Source of the DNA: Phoronis australis
Taxonomy: Eukaryota; Animalia; Phoronida
Reading direction: 5' to 3'
NCBI GenBank assembly: GCA_002633005.1
Contig: NMRA01000106.1
Span: 105,655 to 169,654 of the forward strand
DNA: 64,000 bases
Program-made: the position numbers and the translations under genes
Notes under the pieces: model-generated
Databases searched by the model: none
What the model was told of the DNA's origin: nothing
The model's input: only the letters and a program-made list of their open reading frames with translations
In this document: positions 29,101 through 39,824 of the stretch, piece after piece
Layout: every line of letters starts with the position of its first letter
Position numbering within the stretch: position 1 is the stretch's first letter

Positions 29101-32100
29101 ATATTGTATAATTTCGTGTCTGAATTCGGGTTTGAAGCACCTATCTCCAATTCGTGCTAAAAAAGATCAGAAAAATAACAAAAAAATAATTCCGAGTTCA
29201 GTTCTCAGAATAGACCTCGGACCCTAACCACGGAAATTCATTGCCCACAAGCATATCTGCAAAGCAAAGAATTAATGGTAACTTGTGTATTTTTTAAACT
29301 CATGTCTTGCTCTTAATTGTGTAGACTGATAGCTGCGACGTATTCAAAGTCAATTCCACGACAGGCACCATTACCCTCACAAAACCATTGGACACTATAC
29401 GCACCGACAGATGTTACCTGTACCTCGTTGTTAAGGTAAATAAAAAATTACTGCCTGCTGCGCAAGACAAGTGAGTTCACACTCCGAAATGTTCCAGTCG
29501 GCGCGTGGTCAATTATCCCTCGACTCGTGGACCAAGGGAAGGCGTGCCTGCGTTCATCATAATAGCGTGACGTACGTACATGCGCACGAGTAGAAGTATG
29601 TGGTGAGCGTATTAAAAAAGCACTCTATGCTAAAAAATCAAGGCGCCACTACAGTTTCAAAGTTATGGCAATATCAGGCGCGCGATCATAAACACAAAAC
29701 AATCGCAAGGCTGACTTGAGAGAGAAATCTCTTATTGAATGGAAACAGAGAAATTTCTCCCATCATTTCAGTGGCGGCCATTTTGCTAACTTTTTCTCGC
29801 AAGAAATTTGGCTAGTGTGAGAACACACCCCTGGCTTATTAACCATTATTTTGTACGCGTTTTGAATTTGGGCTTGATGACCAAAGTTCATTTGAAATGT
29901 CTGATAAAACACCTCCTCCCATCCATATATCTGTACACATACGTTCCGGACTTCGAATTTAGGGTCACAGATTTTCGTTTTTCGTGCCTGAATTTCAGAC
30001 TGAGAGCACTTTAACTGGATAGAATACGAGGAAAACAACGTTTAGCTTGTGAGAGATATGCATGTTTTTTGTATGATAGGCCTACACAGAGCTTGTTTTG
30101 GAGGTAGTGAACAACTGGCGAAGTAGAGTGATGACTAAACATAGCTTAATAACTGTCTCTGAACTATCCAAAACATTTTTTGTTTCTATAGATACACAAA
30201 TAGGCGAGTTGACATACAGCAACATTTTTTTAAGATGAACCCCGGTCGATGTTTTTCACAAAACCTTATTTTTTTGAAAAAAAATCCAGTTTGAAGAGGT
30301 TACAAATCACTTGGCTTCAAAAGTTTGATATTAATAATAAACCAATATTACAATATGGTTCAGAGATCTGGGTTTTCATCCAGCATCCAGTGTGAAACTT
30401 TTGCACAAGTTTTGTTAATTCTTATTCGGTCTTGGGCAAAATGCCGCTAACTTAGCAGCTATGGTAAAACTGGGCATGTGCACTATGTAAACACTGACAG
30501 CCGATTTCACAAAGGTGGTTTAAAGTTAAACCTGGTTTAAACTGGACTTAGACCAGGTTTAAAGATAATCTGCATTTCGTAAAGGTGGTTTAACTTTTAG
30601 ACCAGTGGTCTAGTAAAACCTGGTTTAACTCCAGTTTAGAGCTGGTCTAAGCCAGTTTTCATTTCACCAACGAGGTATACATTACTTAGACCTGTATTAT
30701 GATCTTAAATAAGGTTTAACTTTAGACTTGGTCAGACCCAGGTTTAATACTATTAAATATGGCAGACTTGTACGATACATGTGCAAATGAATGATGCTGT
30801 GGTGTGCATTTACGATGCAGTTTTAGAGCGACAACGGACTATTTTCAATATTCAGTTTTAGGACGACACAAGATCAAACGTAACAGGGGGGACCAAGAAT
30901 TTTTATGGGGGGAGAGGTCGGATCAAGGATTTTTAAAAGGAGGGTCTGGGTCAACAATTTGAAAATTATAAATTTGATATCACTAAAATCAAGGGAAAAG
31001 GGGTCCGGACAACTTTGCCCGGTTGCATGAAACAGTCCCAAATAGGGACACAACTAAGGTCCCTAAATCTATTGCGTATTTGCGGGCCTGTGAAAACACT
31101 GATTGTCTGCTGTTTGACTATCATTACTATGCCAATTTTTGGCTTTGATACAAATTGAGAGTGATTGACTGAATTCTAAATATTCTTGAAAATAAGTAGG
31201 GATCTTTTCATGCAACGCACCCAATTTAAGGAGTAAGTCCCAAACTGTTTTGATTGAATTAAGGGCTCAGTTTTTAGTTACATTATTAGAAAATGTCATT
31301 AGTCAAAAAAGAGCTCATAATAAAGATTAAATTATAGAAAAAATATTACACCTGTGCCAAAAAAAACGAAACAAATACGGAAAAGATTTAGGGACCTTAG
31401 GTGAGTCCCTATTTGGGACTGTTTCATGCAACCGGGCACTTGAACCCCTGAATCCGCCTGTACGTAGACCAGTACTTACCGAAGGGTGTCCTTCGGATTC
31501 CTCAGAATATGACGGTTCGAGTAGAGCGTCATCGTCGTAAGCTTTACCCGCATGACTAAAAAGGCACATAATGACTGGCCATGGCTCCCCTAAAATTCTA
31601 CTACATTCCATTTGGCATTTCGGGGCTGCAAATGTCTGATAGGCAAAATCCTGTCTAATACTCTGCCCTGGCCCCCTAAACTCAAAATCCTGAATTCGCC
31701 CCTGTGCTGCCCCTGTGGCCGCAAAAAAGTAAAATGACACGGAAATAAATGAGTGCATTTACTGTGTTACGGGTAATCCAGAGCCATGATTATTTTAATG
31801 TGTTTGCTTGTGTTGCACACAGATAATACACAATTAGAAATATCTCCTCATAAAATCCTAGATCTGCCACTGGCTCAATTGCCATTTTTCTGGGCATATT
31901 TTTCACTGATGAAATTTTCTTTCTGGCCTTTATTCTGGAGCAATATCTCTCCAAGTCTGCTGCTTACGTTGACTTGATTTGGCACCAATTTTCTTGTTCT
32001 CGATTATGACATTGGCTTTTTATCTGATCAGTTATGGGAGGATACATTTTTCCTCGTGAGAAAAGCTTTTAGCTCTTTTTCGCGAATGGATGCACTGGTT

Positions 32101-35100
32101 CTACTGCTGTGTGCCATTGTGTACCCACGTGATCAAGAGGTCATTGAAACACTTTAATAGTTTTTTCGTTGGGTTAATCCGGATCAGCACAGTAGGGTGG
32201 CTTGGATACTTTAAACCAGGCGTGCGTTCAGTAGACACTAGGACCTACGCTAGGACCTAGCTAAAACCTAGTCAAAGTCACGTGTTCTCAGTTAAAATGT
32301 ACGGCAATAGCTCACGTAATCTCGCGAAGTCTTGCTTCTTAGCGAGGTCCTAGCGTAATGGGAGGCAGGTATTACTAAACCCGCCTCCCGTTCAGTAACG
32401 CTAGGACCTCGCTAAAAAGCTAGACTTCGCGAGATTACGTGAGATATTGTCGTGCATTTTAAATGAGAGCACATGACTTTGACTAGGTTTTAGCTAGGTC
32501 CTAGCGCAGGTCCTAGCGTCTACTGAACGCACGCCCGCTTTATGGTGTAACAACACCAGCCTCCCGTTCAGTAACGGTAGGACCTCGTTAAGAAGCAAGA
32601 CTTCGCGAGATTACGTGAGATATTGCGTGTATTTTAAATGAGAACACATGACTTTGACTAGGTTTTAGCTAGGTCCTAGCGTAGGTCCTAGCGTCTACTG
32701 AACGCACGCCCGGCTTTCAGACTTTTAAACCATGTTGGTGAAATGCAAGTTAGGTCTAAAATTAGACCAAGTTTAGGAAGACCAGGTTTTGTTAAACCAC
32801 CTTCATGAAATCGGCTGTAAGGTTTTCGTTTATTGTTAAACACTGTTTGAAATTACGTAATGTTGGTGAGAACGGGTACCGGGAATTTCCGAAAATATAG
32901 GCCCATGCGCGCCAGATATTCGGAAAACGACCTTTCAAAAACCTTAAGTGAAACCCAACACAGGCCCGGGTCTGTTTTCGGAAGGCGGTACATGTATTTT
33001 TGGAAATTCTGTCAAACATTTTATGAGGAAATTTTTTTGAACAAAGACCAGTTGGGAATTTTTTAAACGAACACGTCCTTCATAGTTGTACATATTTATC
33101 TCACTAGTAACGATTTTATTGGTCCGTACTTATTTTGCATTATACACAGAACGTTCAAATTGTCTGTCATACTGTGTTAATAAAACAATCCATCTGATTT
33201 TCGAAACATTCAAACAGTTACCAAAAATATGTCCATGAGCGTAGTTTTGGAGTTTTTGTAAATAAGGCCATTGCGTACTTTTGGTGGGCCTATTTTCGGA
33301 AATTCCCGGTATGTATAGTGTATTTATTTATAACTATCAAAGTGAATTAGCTGGACAAGATACAAACTGTTGAGCGTTATTTGGGGAGCAGTGACTGTTT
33401 AATTTTTGAATTGTCATTGTTTTTGAAACTGTTTTGGTTTGGGGACGAGCGAATATTTTTAAGGGAGCTTTGAAACAACAAAAACTAGGCGTTGGAGTGC
33501 AGCAGTGGCAGTCTGAGGAACTGTTGAGTGTCAGGAAATTAGATACTAACAGATTGTGAAAACTGCAGTTAAAAACTAGAAGATATCTCAAGGCTTTTAC
33601 AAGATTCAGATGTTCAAATATGAATTTAAAAATCGAAAGGAAGGCACTTAAAAATCCGTAAATAGATTATTATATTATGTACATGTACTGTTTGTGACCT
33701 ATACGTTATAGAAGACGAATCATCCGTAACTGAGTGTCCTATTTATGACAATTTAAGAACAACTTTCAACAGAGTAAGCATGAACTGCGGAGTTACCTCA
33801 GAAAATGTCATGGTGAAGTGTAATACTTCAATTTAGCTGAGCTTTTGTTAGCAACTGATAACAGAAAAGACGATGTATAAAATATACTGTGTAATAAATT
33901 TGACTTTTTTACTTATATAGGACAATAATGCTATACACAATACCACAGCTTATCTAACAGTGTCTTTGACTGGTACTTACGGCGGTTCAAAAAAGCAAAA
34001 TAGTCCACCACGTGTGACAGAGTACCTTCCCCAAAAAATAACGACGAAACCTGAGGATTCACCTGTAGGTAAGATCTACAACGAAATTGTGAACTTTATC
34101 TCAATTTATCTTTAATGATAATGAAGCTACTGTGTATACTGTTTTAAAAGTACATGTATTCTAAACGAGGTCGCCCTAAACTTTAACATGCATGGCGTAT
34201 TATTTGCTTTCAGGGAGTTTTTTGTTCAGTGTGACAACCGCCGATGCCGAAAATGACACGGTCGAGTTCACAATTGTGCCGCACAGTAGGGATTGCAAGC
34301 AAGTGGCGAGCCCGGCCGATTATTACATGCAAGTGGAATCGCGAGGAAGCCCTGGTAGTCAGACAGCTCTCATTACTTTGAAGAACAAGCTTGACCGTGA
34401 AGTGAATAGTATTACTCTTAAAGTGGCTGTAAATCCGCATTCCATCATTCATGAATTAAGGCACATTCGTTATCAATATGCCCTCAATGTGTTCATTATT
34501 CAAATTAAAAGTGATTTTTGGTCTTGAAGAAGATTTGCTATACTTGGGAAGAACTAGACAGTTGGTTATTTCCTGATATCAGACTTGACAAGTTATATTG
34601 TCCCAGCCGGACATTTTATGAGCCGAGCGTGGTCTCAAACACTACCGAATTATCAGTTGTTCCCGAGTCCAGAAATCCTTTTCCAACCAGTTGTGATATA
34701 ACCGAAAGCGTTCTAATTCAACATTTAATTCTTTGGCGACCGGAAACGGATTTAGAGTCGCTTCCATTTTTACGTCTTAGAGATTAGTACAGGCGCTTGG
34801 GTTTATCGCAAATGACGTCACTCAATAATATATATAAGAAAACATAAAGGTTGGACACTTAAACTTTGCCAAACCGAGGCTCCCAACTTCAACCGTCCAA
34901 AATCCAAATAAAATCTGCGTGCACCTCCCTCAGTCTGGTGTTGCATAAACCTTCGAAGCCTTATCTTTCCTAGATCCCATTAACTGTCTTCGTGAGTGGT
35001 GAATTGGCGATGGAATTTCCAAAACAATCTCAAAACTCCGAATTCAAGGACCTGAAATAGTAAACATGGCGGATTTCAGTTGTGCTTCAACTTGTACGCC

Positions 35101-38100
35101 TGACGTAGGTGAAACTTCGAGTTTGAGCAAGCAACCTATATTTCAAATTCAATAACTCTAATCAAAAACTCAACTAATTGAGAATGTTAAAGTTAGTATT
35201 TTAATGATTATTTGTAACTTTATTCCACTGACGGCTCATTTTAGCTTAGAATTTTATTGCATAAACTGGCGTATCTTGTTTCTCATCTTGACATCACGCA
35301 CTTTTTTGATTGAAGCACAACACACACTCGGCCAGGAAACGCAGTCCGTGCAAGTATTAGACAATGCGCGTGGCCGACGAGTTAACTCAATGCTTTTGGC
35401 CAAAAGTAAAACCTTCATAAGAAATCACAGTACACAAAAAACTTCGCATATCAATACAGTATCAGGATAATTTATATATGACACAAATATGTGAGTAATT
35501 ACATTTATTTGGCAATAAAGTGCTCTCTGCTTCTCATGATCAAGCAGTCGATGGATTGACGGCGAAAGCCGCGCGAAATTAGACTTTCGGATTTAGCTCG
35601 GGAGCGTCCGTCAAAACCCGGATGTGCGAAGACCGTCTGTCATGACATCACGGAATTAGGTCCTTGAATTTGTGATTTTGGCATTCTTTTGGCATTTTTG
35701 TCGCCAAATCACCACTCGAANCGGTGATAATTAATTCTGAACGGTGATAATTAATTCTGAACGGTGATAATTAATTCTGAACGGTGATAATTAATTCTGA
35801 ACGGTGATAATTAATTCTGAACGGTGATAATTAATTCTGAACGGTGATAATTAATTCTGAACGGTGATAATTAATTCTGAACGGTGATAATTAATTCTGA
35901 ACGGTGATAATTAATTCTGAACGGTGATAATTAATTCTGAACGGTGATAATTAATTCTGAACGGTGATAATTAATTCTGAACGGTGATAATTAATTCTGA
36001 ACGGTGATAATTAATTCTGAACGGTGATACTTAATTCTGAACGGTGATAATTAATTCTGAACGGTGATAATTAATTCTGAACGGTGATAATTAATTCTGA
36101 ACGGTGATAATTAATTCTGAACGGTGATAATTAATTCTGAACGCTGATAATTAATTCTGAACGGTGATAATTAATTCTGAACGGTGAATTCTCTTTTTGA
36201 ACAAATGGAACCTAAAATACTCAAGATCACTTACAAAAGTTGTTTATTTTCTAAATTATAATTACAACTTAAATACACCGCGTGTTTTCAAATTAACTAG
36301 ATGTTCGATATTTCACTGAAATTGAGACAACAAAAAGGCCGATCAGAACGTTTAATGGATTGAGGAGTATGAGCTATGAGCTATGACGGATTGTGAAAAG
36401 TCAATAGGTATTGCTAACAACGTTTCCATCTAGTTGTGTCGCCTTCGTCATTACTCAAATGTCTGGAATAAGTTTACAAATCCCTTACAATGTCTGCTAA
36501 ACAGTCTAGTATGACTAAGCGACAGCCATGGAGATGGATTACTCACTAAAACGAGCAACAAAAACAGTGTCTTCTTATTGTGCTGTCATGTAGGACCTAA
36601 CACTCCGTATTTAATCCAAATATCTACAAAACTATGGATTTTAACTCAGTCAAATTAGACTGTATATGTATATATATTGCCGATGAAAACAAAAGGTTTA
36701 TAAAATTTAATTAGTAACATGATACGAATTTTTCTTAAATGTGACCACCTGACCATGCCTTTTCGATTAAAGTTAGTAAAAACTGAAAGGTCCATTCGTT
36801 GTAAAATAACGGTAACAGTTGCTTGACCAAATATTAATGTTCACGTTGAAATCGACAAAACGCAATTACAGTTTCTGATTATCATTTCCTTTCCGTTTGA
36901 TGCAACTTTTCAGTTCTTTCAGAAAAAAACATCAAAGCTCTCATGCAAAAGTATAACATTTTAAAAACATTTTCTAACACTATTGTTTTGGAGAACAGTG
37001 CATAAGGTAGGCCTATAGTCACTTAAAGTTTCATATGGATCTGACCAGCCAGTTGTGAGATGTGATGTTCCCAAAGTTTGTCAAATTAGAACATTTTACA
37101 AGGATCCTATTTACCTTAAGGGGTGAATGTGAAATAGATCTCTATACGATATGCGCATGTGAACCACAACAATAATAATATATCAACAGGTGACTTTCTC
37201 CGCCGTCATGGTACTCGCGGTTGACGATGTAAACGATAACGCTCCACTCTTCACCAACACTCCGTACAGTGTCACCGTCCCGGAGTCCACGCCAGTTGGA
37301 ACCGTTATTTTTTCTGGAGCCACCGCAACTGACCGCGACCGTAGCGACACCCTCACCTTTCGCTTGAGCCAGGTGAGAAACCTATGCACTTTTATCCGTC
37401 AATCGAAATGCCAGGAGAATGCCACCCAAAAACAACCTACTTTGTATCAATTTAGATCGAGTAGTTCTACGTTCGGTTGCCTCGGTGCCCGGTCAATTAC
37501 CCTTGTTGCCGGCATCAAAAGCCGGTAACGCAGTGGTTTATTTATTGCTGGCTTCTCAACATTTGCACTCATGCACGAATACTGCAAAGGCAAAATTGTA
37601 TCTAATGATACACACTTTGTTTTCAGTTTCATATCAGCATTGGACTCAGACGTATCTGAGGTTAGGATGAGAATAGTTCATTTTGAAACAGAACGCAGAA
37701 TAATAAACGTCTACATGTCAACTCGCCCGGCGCCAATCCCGACTTAGTCAAGAGCTCATCCGACGAAGACTTCACGGGTCGGATCGTTAGGTTTCACAGG
37801 CTATCAGTTCGAATCGGAATACACTGATCAAGAAATACTAAGAGAGGCGCCGTGAACATGCACAGGCAACGGAACGTATGGATGGTTCTATGGTACGCCG
37901 GAATTCGTCCACGAAATGCCGGCCACAGACACGGAGATGTTTCACGGCCTCATACTTGCTATTAACAGCGTTCCTTTCATTCTTCACTACCGCGAGCCAC
38001 TTCATAAGCATTTCGGGTTCTCGAGGTAGTCGAAAAAACGATATAGATTTACCCGCTTTCTTCGCTGCTTCATAGTTCGGACAAGCGGGAACGATGCACC

Positions 38101-39824
38101 GCAATATAGCGGCATTCACTCTGCAAACGAACCACTGACGTCGGTGCGTCGTTTCTCACCTTTCCTCACAGGTTAACGCGACACCTCTTGGCAAGGTGAG
38201 GTCGACCGTATAAGAGGCGACGTGGACATAGACCGGTTAAGACGGTAAAAAAGACTAATTAAATCGGGTGGCATTCTCCTTTAAGGAGTGAATGTGACTT
38301 CATAGTGAAGTAATGGTACAAGTGTTATCAGAACACATAACGTTGTGTCACTTTCCGTGAAACCCTTTCCTTGCTGAGATTTGAGCTCGCGTAATCAAAT
38401 GCTCTGCTAACTGAACTAAATCCCGCGTGACCACTGACAGCGTATTTTAAGAATTTACATAAGTATTCACGTGACTGATTTGCTTATGTACTACATAACT
38501 GTTTTCACTCATTTTTAAACATTTACGTAGAAAATAAATCTGAAACTAAATAAGGCGATCCAGATCCCCCCAAGGATACTATTGTTTCACGAAATGTAGA
38601 ATATAAATAGGTAAATAAAACAACAAGAATGGATCAAATAAAATTTTTGGATATATTAATGTCCTTCGTCAACAGAAACAGAAATAAAGTAAAATCAAAC
38701 ACTATATGACAATTGACATTTAAGATGTGGCGTAATGAATATGATACATTGTTGCGGAAAAAATTCAATGATATAATTTAAGAAGTTTTTATGTTTAATC
38801 CATGAGGTTCTAGTGTATTGAGCTTGTCTATCCAATATTTTTCTCTTTTGAGTCTGTGAGGGGTACTGGGGTGTTGGAGTTTTTCTATTATTTGTACAGA
38901 AAGATCTTGAACATTATGGTTCTTGGAATTGAAATGATTACCTACAGTATCAGAAATGTTTTTTATGTATCATGTTAAATCTATGATTACGAAGCCGAGT
39001 TTGTAGATTATGTTGAGTTTGTCCTACGTATTGGATAGAACTTTTTTTACAAGTTATAAGGTAAATAATATTGTTGGTGGTGCAATCAGAATTATTTCAA
39101 AGTTTTCATTGGTTTGAGAAGACTGGAAAAAAGTGCTATCATTGATAAAGTAACACATTTTACACCTAGTTTTGTTACATTGTGTGTTGCCAATAGGTTT
39201 GTCAGTTTGGTGTATATTGTCGATGTTAGCTTTAACTAAATAATTTTTTAGATTTTTACAAAAGTATTTGGTTTTACTTTATTTCTGTTTCTGTTGACGA
39301 AGAACATTATTATATCCGAAAATTTCAGTTGATCCATTCTTGTTGTTTTATTTACCTATTTATAAACATTTACAAAATGTAAGATCACTAGTGCTCACTC
39401 CTACCATTTTTCAGAGCAATAGTTTCACCATTGACAAAACGACTGGTAAAGTGACACTTGCGAGGGCCTTAAATTACACAGAACGCTCTCGTCACGAAGT
39501 CCAATTGATTGTTGAGGTAATGATTATGCTTTTTCATAACACAACTTTATTGTCTTACACTGTCAACGCACGCACACATTAAATGCATTTAAGTAAATTA
39601 TTTTACAGAGCTAGAGAAACCGCATGAAATTTGAAAAGCATTTAATAATCTAAACTTCGTTGTGCACTTAGGCCTACATCACAAAAAATTTGAGTTATAG
39701 TCTATCACGCATATTAAAATGTTATATCTTTTGAATATCATAAAGAAAACATTTATCTTTTCAGGATTCGAATGGAAAGCACAGTGGTTCAGCTTTCTTG
39801 ACAGTCACTGTTAAAAGTGCTTAG
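8808..39824 (+). CDS. Multi-exon gene: signal peptide + 4 cadherin (EC) repeats, no TM domain (about 440-460 aa), predicted secreted cadherin-like protein
   Basis: 11 hand-found exons with GT/AG sites and compatible phases. Cadherin motifs NNPP, PE, DxD, LDRE and DxNDNAPxF. Ends LTVTVKSA-TAG. One small internal exon was not located. Confidence 0.72.
9290..10788 (-). mobile_element. Internally deleted Academ-like transposon remnant
   Basis: 9290-9885 is the reverse complement of 1-560 (Cys-rich tail). 9983-10260 gives a frameshifted DKDLVS..EANYYRSSCY...FLQFCLEFIESKLL, resembling the DLvAxEaxYHxxC N-terminal motif of these transposases. Confidence 0.5.
10850..11450 (-). mobile_element. Highly decayed L1/Tx1-like LINE fragment
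   Basis: ORF 11086..11289 SRKSILWTTFQERERSNNFFEKQ resembles the RSr..w.e.gEk.t.yFf linker of Tx1/L1 ORF2; weak. Confidence 0.3.
12560..13440 (+). mobile_element. 3' remnant of a non-LTR retrotransposon (L2/CR1/RTE-X-like ORF2 C-terminus)
   Basis: RIESGKLARILRELRLYHC-SEVQSEDHLLLLC matches the decayed IExGR...RxCxxC..ExExHxLxxC motif. It is followed by a T-rich 3' region and AATAAA near 13424. Confidence 0.55.
14254..14325 (+). CDS. Cadherin-like exon (VANNPPRVVNSVRLLIVPENLPV)
   Basis: Strong polypyrimidine tract + tag; G|gtgagt; NNPP and PE motifs. Confidence 0.8.
14754..14938 (+). CDS. Cadherin-like exon, EC1 (SSISNIFTEDLDGD...KNKLDRE)
   Basis: cag| and |gtatc sites; DxD and LDRE motifs; paralogous to exon 34214-34401. 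Confidence 0.85.
16125..16360 (+). pseudogene. Disrupted THAP-domain sequence from a DNA transposon
   Basis: Translates as TCCVPGCYNTS*RNKEFSYYLFPKDQELR*TWVRHIG...VCSAHFEGG, a C2CH THAP signature with stops and a frameshift. Confidence 0.6.
18280..19700 (+). mobile_element. Decayed L1/Tx1-like LINE ORF2 3' half
   Basis: Remnants PVKIFGICF and IQFTFFH...LKKVRLVSEDTCASC resemble the Tx1 RT-tail zinc-finger region; many stops. Confidence 0.45.
19993..20046 (+). CDS. Cadherin-like exon (AFDRLLFSVLLSDGKSSG)
   Basis: ttattacag| and |gtgagt sites; phase 0/0; supplies the F strand and SDG turn of EC1. Confidence 0.75.
20198..21221 (+). mobile_element. Right half of the Kolobok-like element (family of 45409-47065)
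   Basis: Colinear with about 46100-47065; ends gggtggcatgctcct|ttaa; begins at an N after a (GA)n run. Confidence 0.75.
24797..26560 (-). mobile_element. 5'-truncated non-LTR retrotransposon with RT and RNase H (I/Ingi-like group), frameshifted
   Basis: FFDLEDAYNKMD, GLPQG, YVDD and YLGIKMDRRMT (RT); ATDGS...ECEA and GHCG..ADELA (RNase H); ACAGAA-like repeats at the 3' end. Confidence 0.85.
27834..28013 (+). CDS. Cadherin-like exon, EC1/EC2 (NVRSPTMTLLILDANDNAPIF...FTFSLQ)
   Basis: ttctcag| and CAG|gtaaga sites; DANDNAP calcium-binding linker. Confidence 0.88.
29325..29435 (+). CDS. Cadherin-like exon, EC2 (TDSCDVFKVNSTTGTITLTKPLD...LYLVVK)
   Basis: gtgtag| and AAG|gtaaat sites; FxIxxxTGxIxLxxxLD cadherin pattern. 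Confidence 0.82.
31016..31438. mobile_element. Nested MITE with about 55-bp TIRs
   Basis: TGCCCGGTTGCATGAAACAGTCCCAAATAGGGAC... and its reverse complement; 3-bp TSD CTT. Confidence 0.75.
32219..32710. mobile_element. Foldback MITE (about 140-bp arms) with a tandem extra right arm
   Basis: ggcgtgcgttcagtagac...ctaggacct arm at about 32219-32357; reverse complement at about 32397-32535, repeated at about 32560-32710. Confidence 0.75.
32879..33309. mobile_element. Tc1/mariner-type MITE
   Basis: TA|CCGGGAATTTCCGAAAAT... and ...ATTTTCGGAAATTCCCGG|TA. Confidence 0.75.
33921..34068 (+). CDS. Cadherin-like exon, EC2-EC3 junction (DNNAIHNTTAYLTVSLTGTYGGSKKQNSPPRV...PEDSPV)
   Basis: tttacttatatag| and G|gtaaga sites; open frame; reads as a fusion of last-exon-like and second-exon-like sequence. 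Confidence 0.78.
34214..34401 (+). CDS. Cadherin-like exon, EC3 (SFLFSVTTADAEND...KNKLDRE)
   Basis: ctttcag| acceptor; PADYY and ITLKNKLDRE shared with 14754-14938. Donor is GAA|gtgaat, or an alternative at 34428|gtaaat. Confidence 0.8.
35722..36187. repeat. 20-bp minisatellite (cggtgataattaattctgaa) x about 23
   Basis: Near-perfect tandem array starting at the N at 35721. Confidence 0.95.
37190..37372 (+). CDS. Cadherin-like exon, EC3/EC4 (VTFSAVMVLAVDDVNDNAPLF...LTFRLSQ)
   Basis: DVNDNAP, VPE and ATDRD motifs; CAG|gtgaga donor; the acceptor has a weak pyrimidine tract. Confidence 0.85.
37440..38280 (-). mobile_element. Left part of the Kolobok-like element, with an open THAP ORF (37838..38119)
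   Basis: Reverse complement of about 45409-46250; end gggtggcattctcct|ttaa; ORF CIVPAC...FFRLP...KW...RVCGRHF. Confidence 0.8.
38360..38428 (-). mobile_element. Decayed tRNA-derived SINE head
   Basis: Minus strand has TAGTTCAGTTAG (A-box-like) and GCTCAAATC (B-box-like); not a foldable tRNA. Confidence 0.3.
38602..39364. mobile_element. AT-rich element with about 100-bp terminal inverted repeats
   Basis: tataaataggtaaataaaacaacaagaatggatcaa...cttcgtcaacagaaacagaaataaagtaaaa, with its reverse complement at about 39270-39364. Confidence 0.65.
39415..39516 (+). CDS. Cadherin-like exon, EC4 (SNSFTIDKTTGKVTLARALNY...QLIVE)
   Basis: tttttcag| and GAG|gtaatg sites; paralogous to 29325-29435. Confidence 0.85.
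39765..39824 (+). CDS. Cadherin-like terminal coding exon (DSNGKHSGSAFLTVTVKSA*)
   Basis: cttttcag| acceptor; completes the EC4 G strand, then TAG. Confidence 0.75.
   Translation, partial: DSNGKHSGSAFLTVTVKSA

Larger units (their letters stand above)
30498..32817. mobile_element. PIF/Harbinger-like non-autonomous element carrying nested insertions
   Basis: TIRs CAGCCGATTTCACAAAGGTGGTTTAA / TTAAACCACCTTCATGAAATCGGCTG; flanks TGA/TAA; subterminal accwggtttaa repeats. Confidence 0.65.

Noticed and set aside
30862-30936. Alternative terminal exon for a 2-EC cadherin isoform (DDTRSNVTGG...*)
   Set aside because: Lies inside nested TEs and lacks the G-strand pattern.
35722-36187. Regular 20-bp array (CRISPR-like periodicity)
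   Set aside because: No unique spacers, eukaryotic intron, no cas genes; an ordinary minisatellite next to an N.
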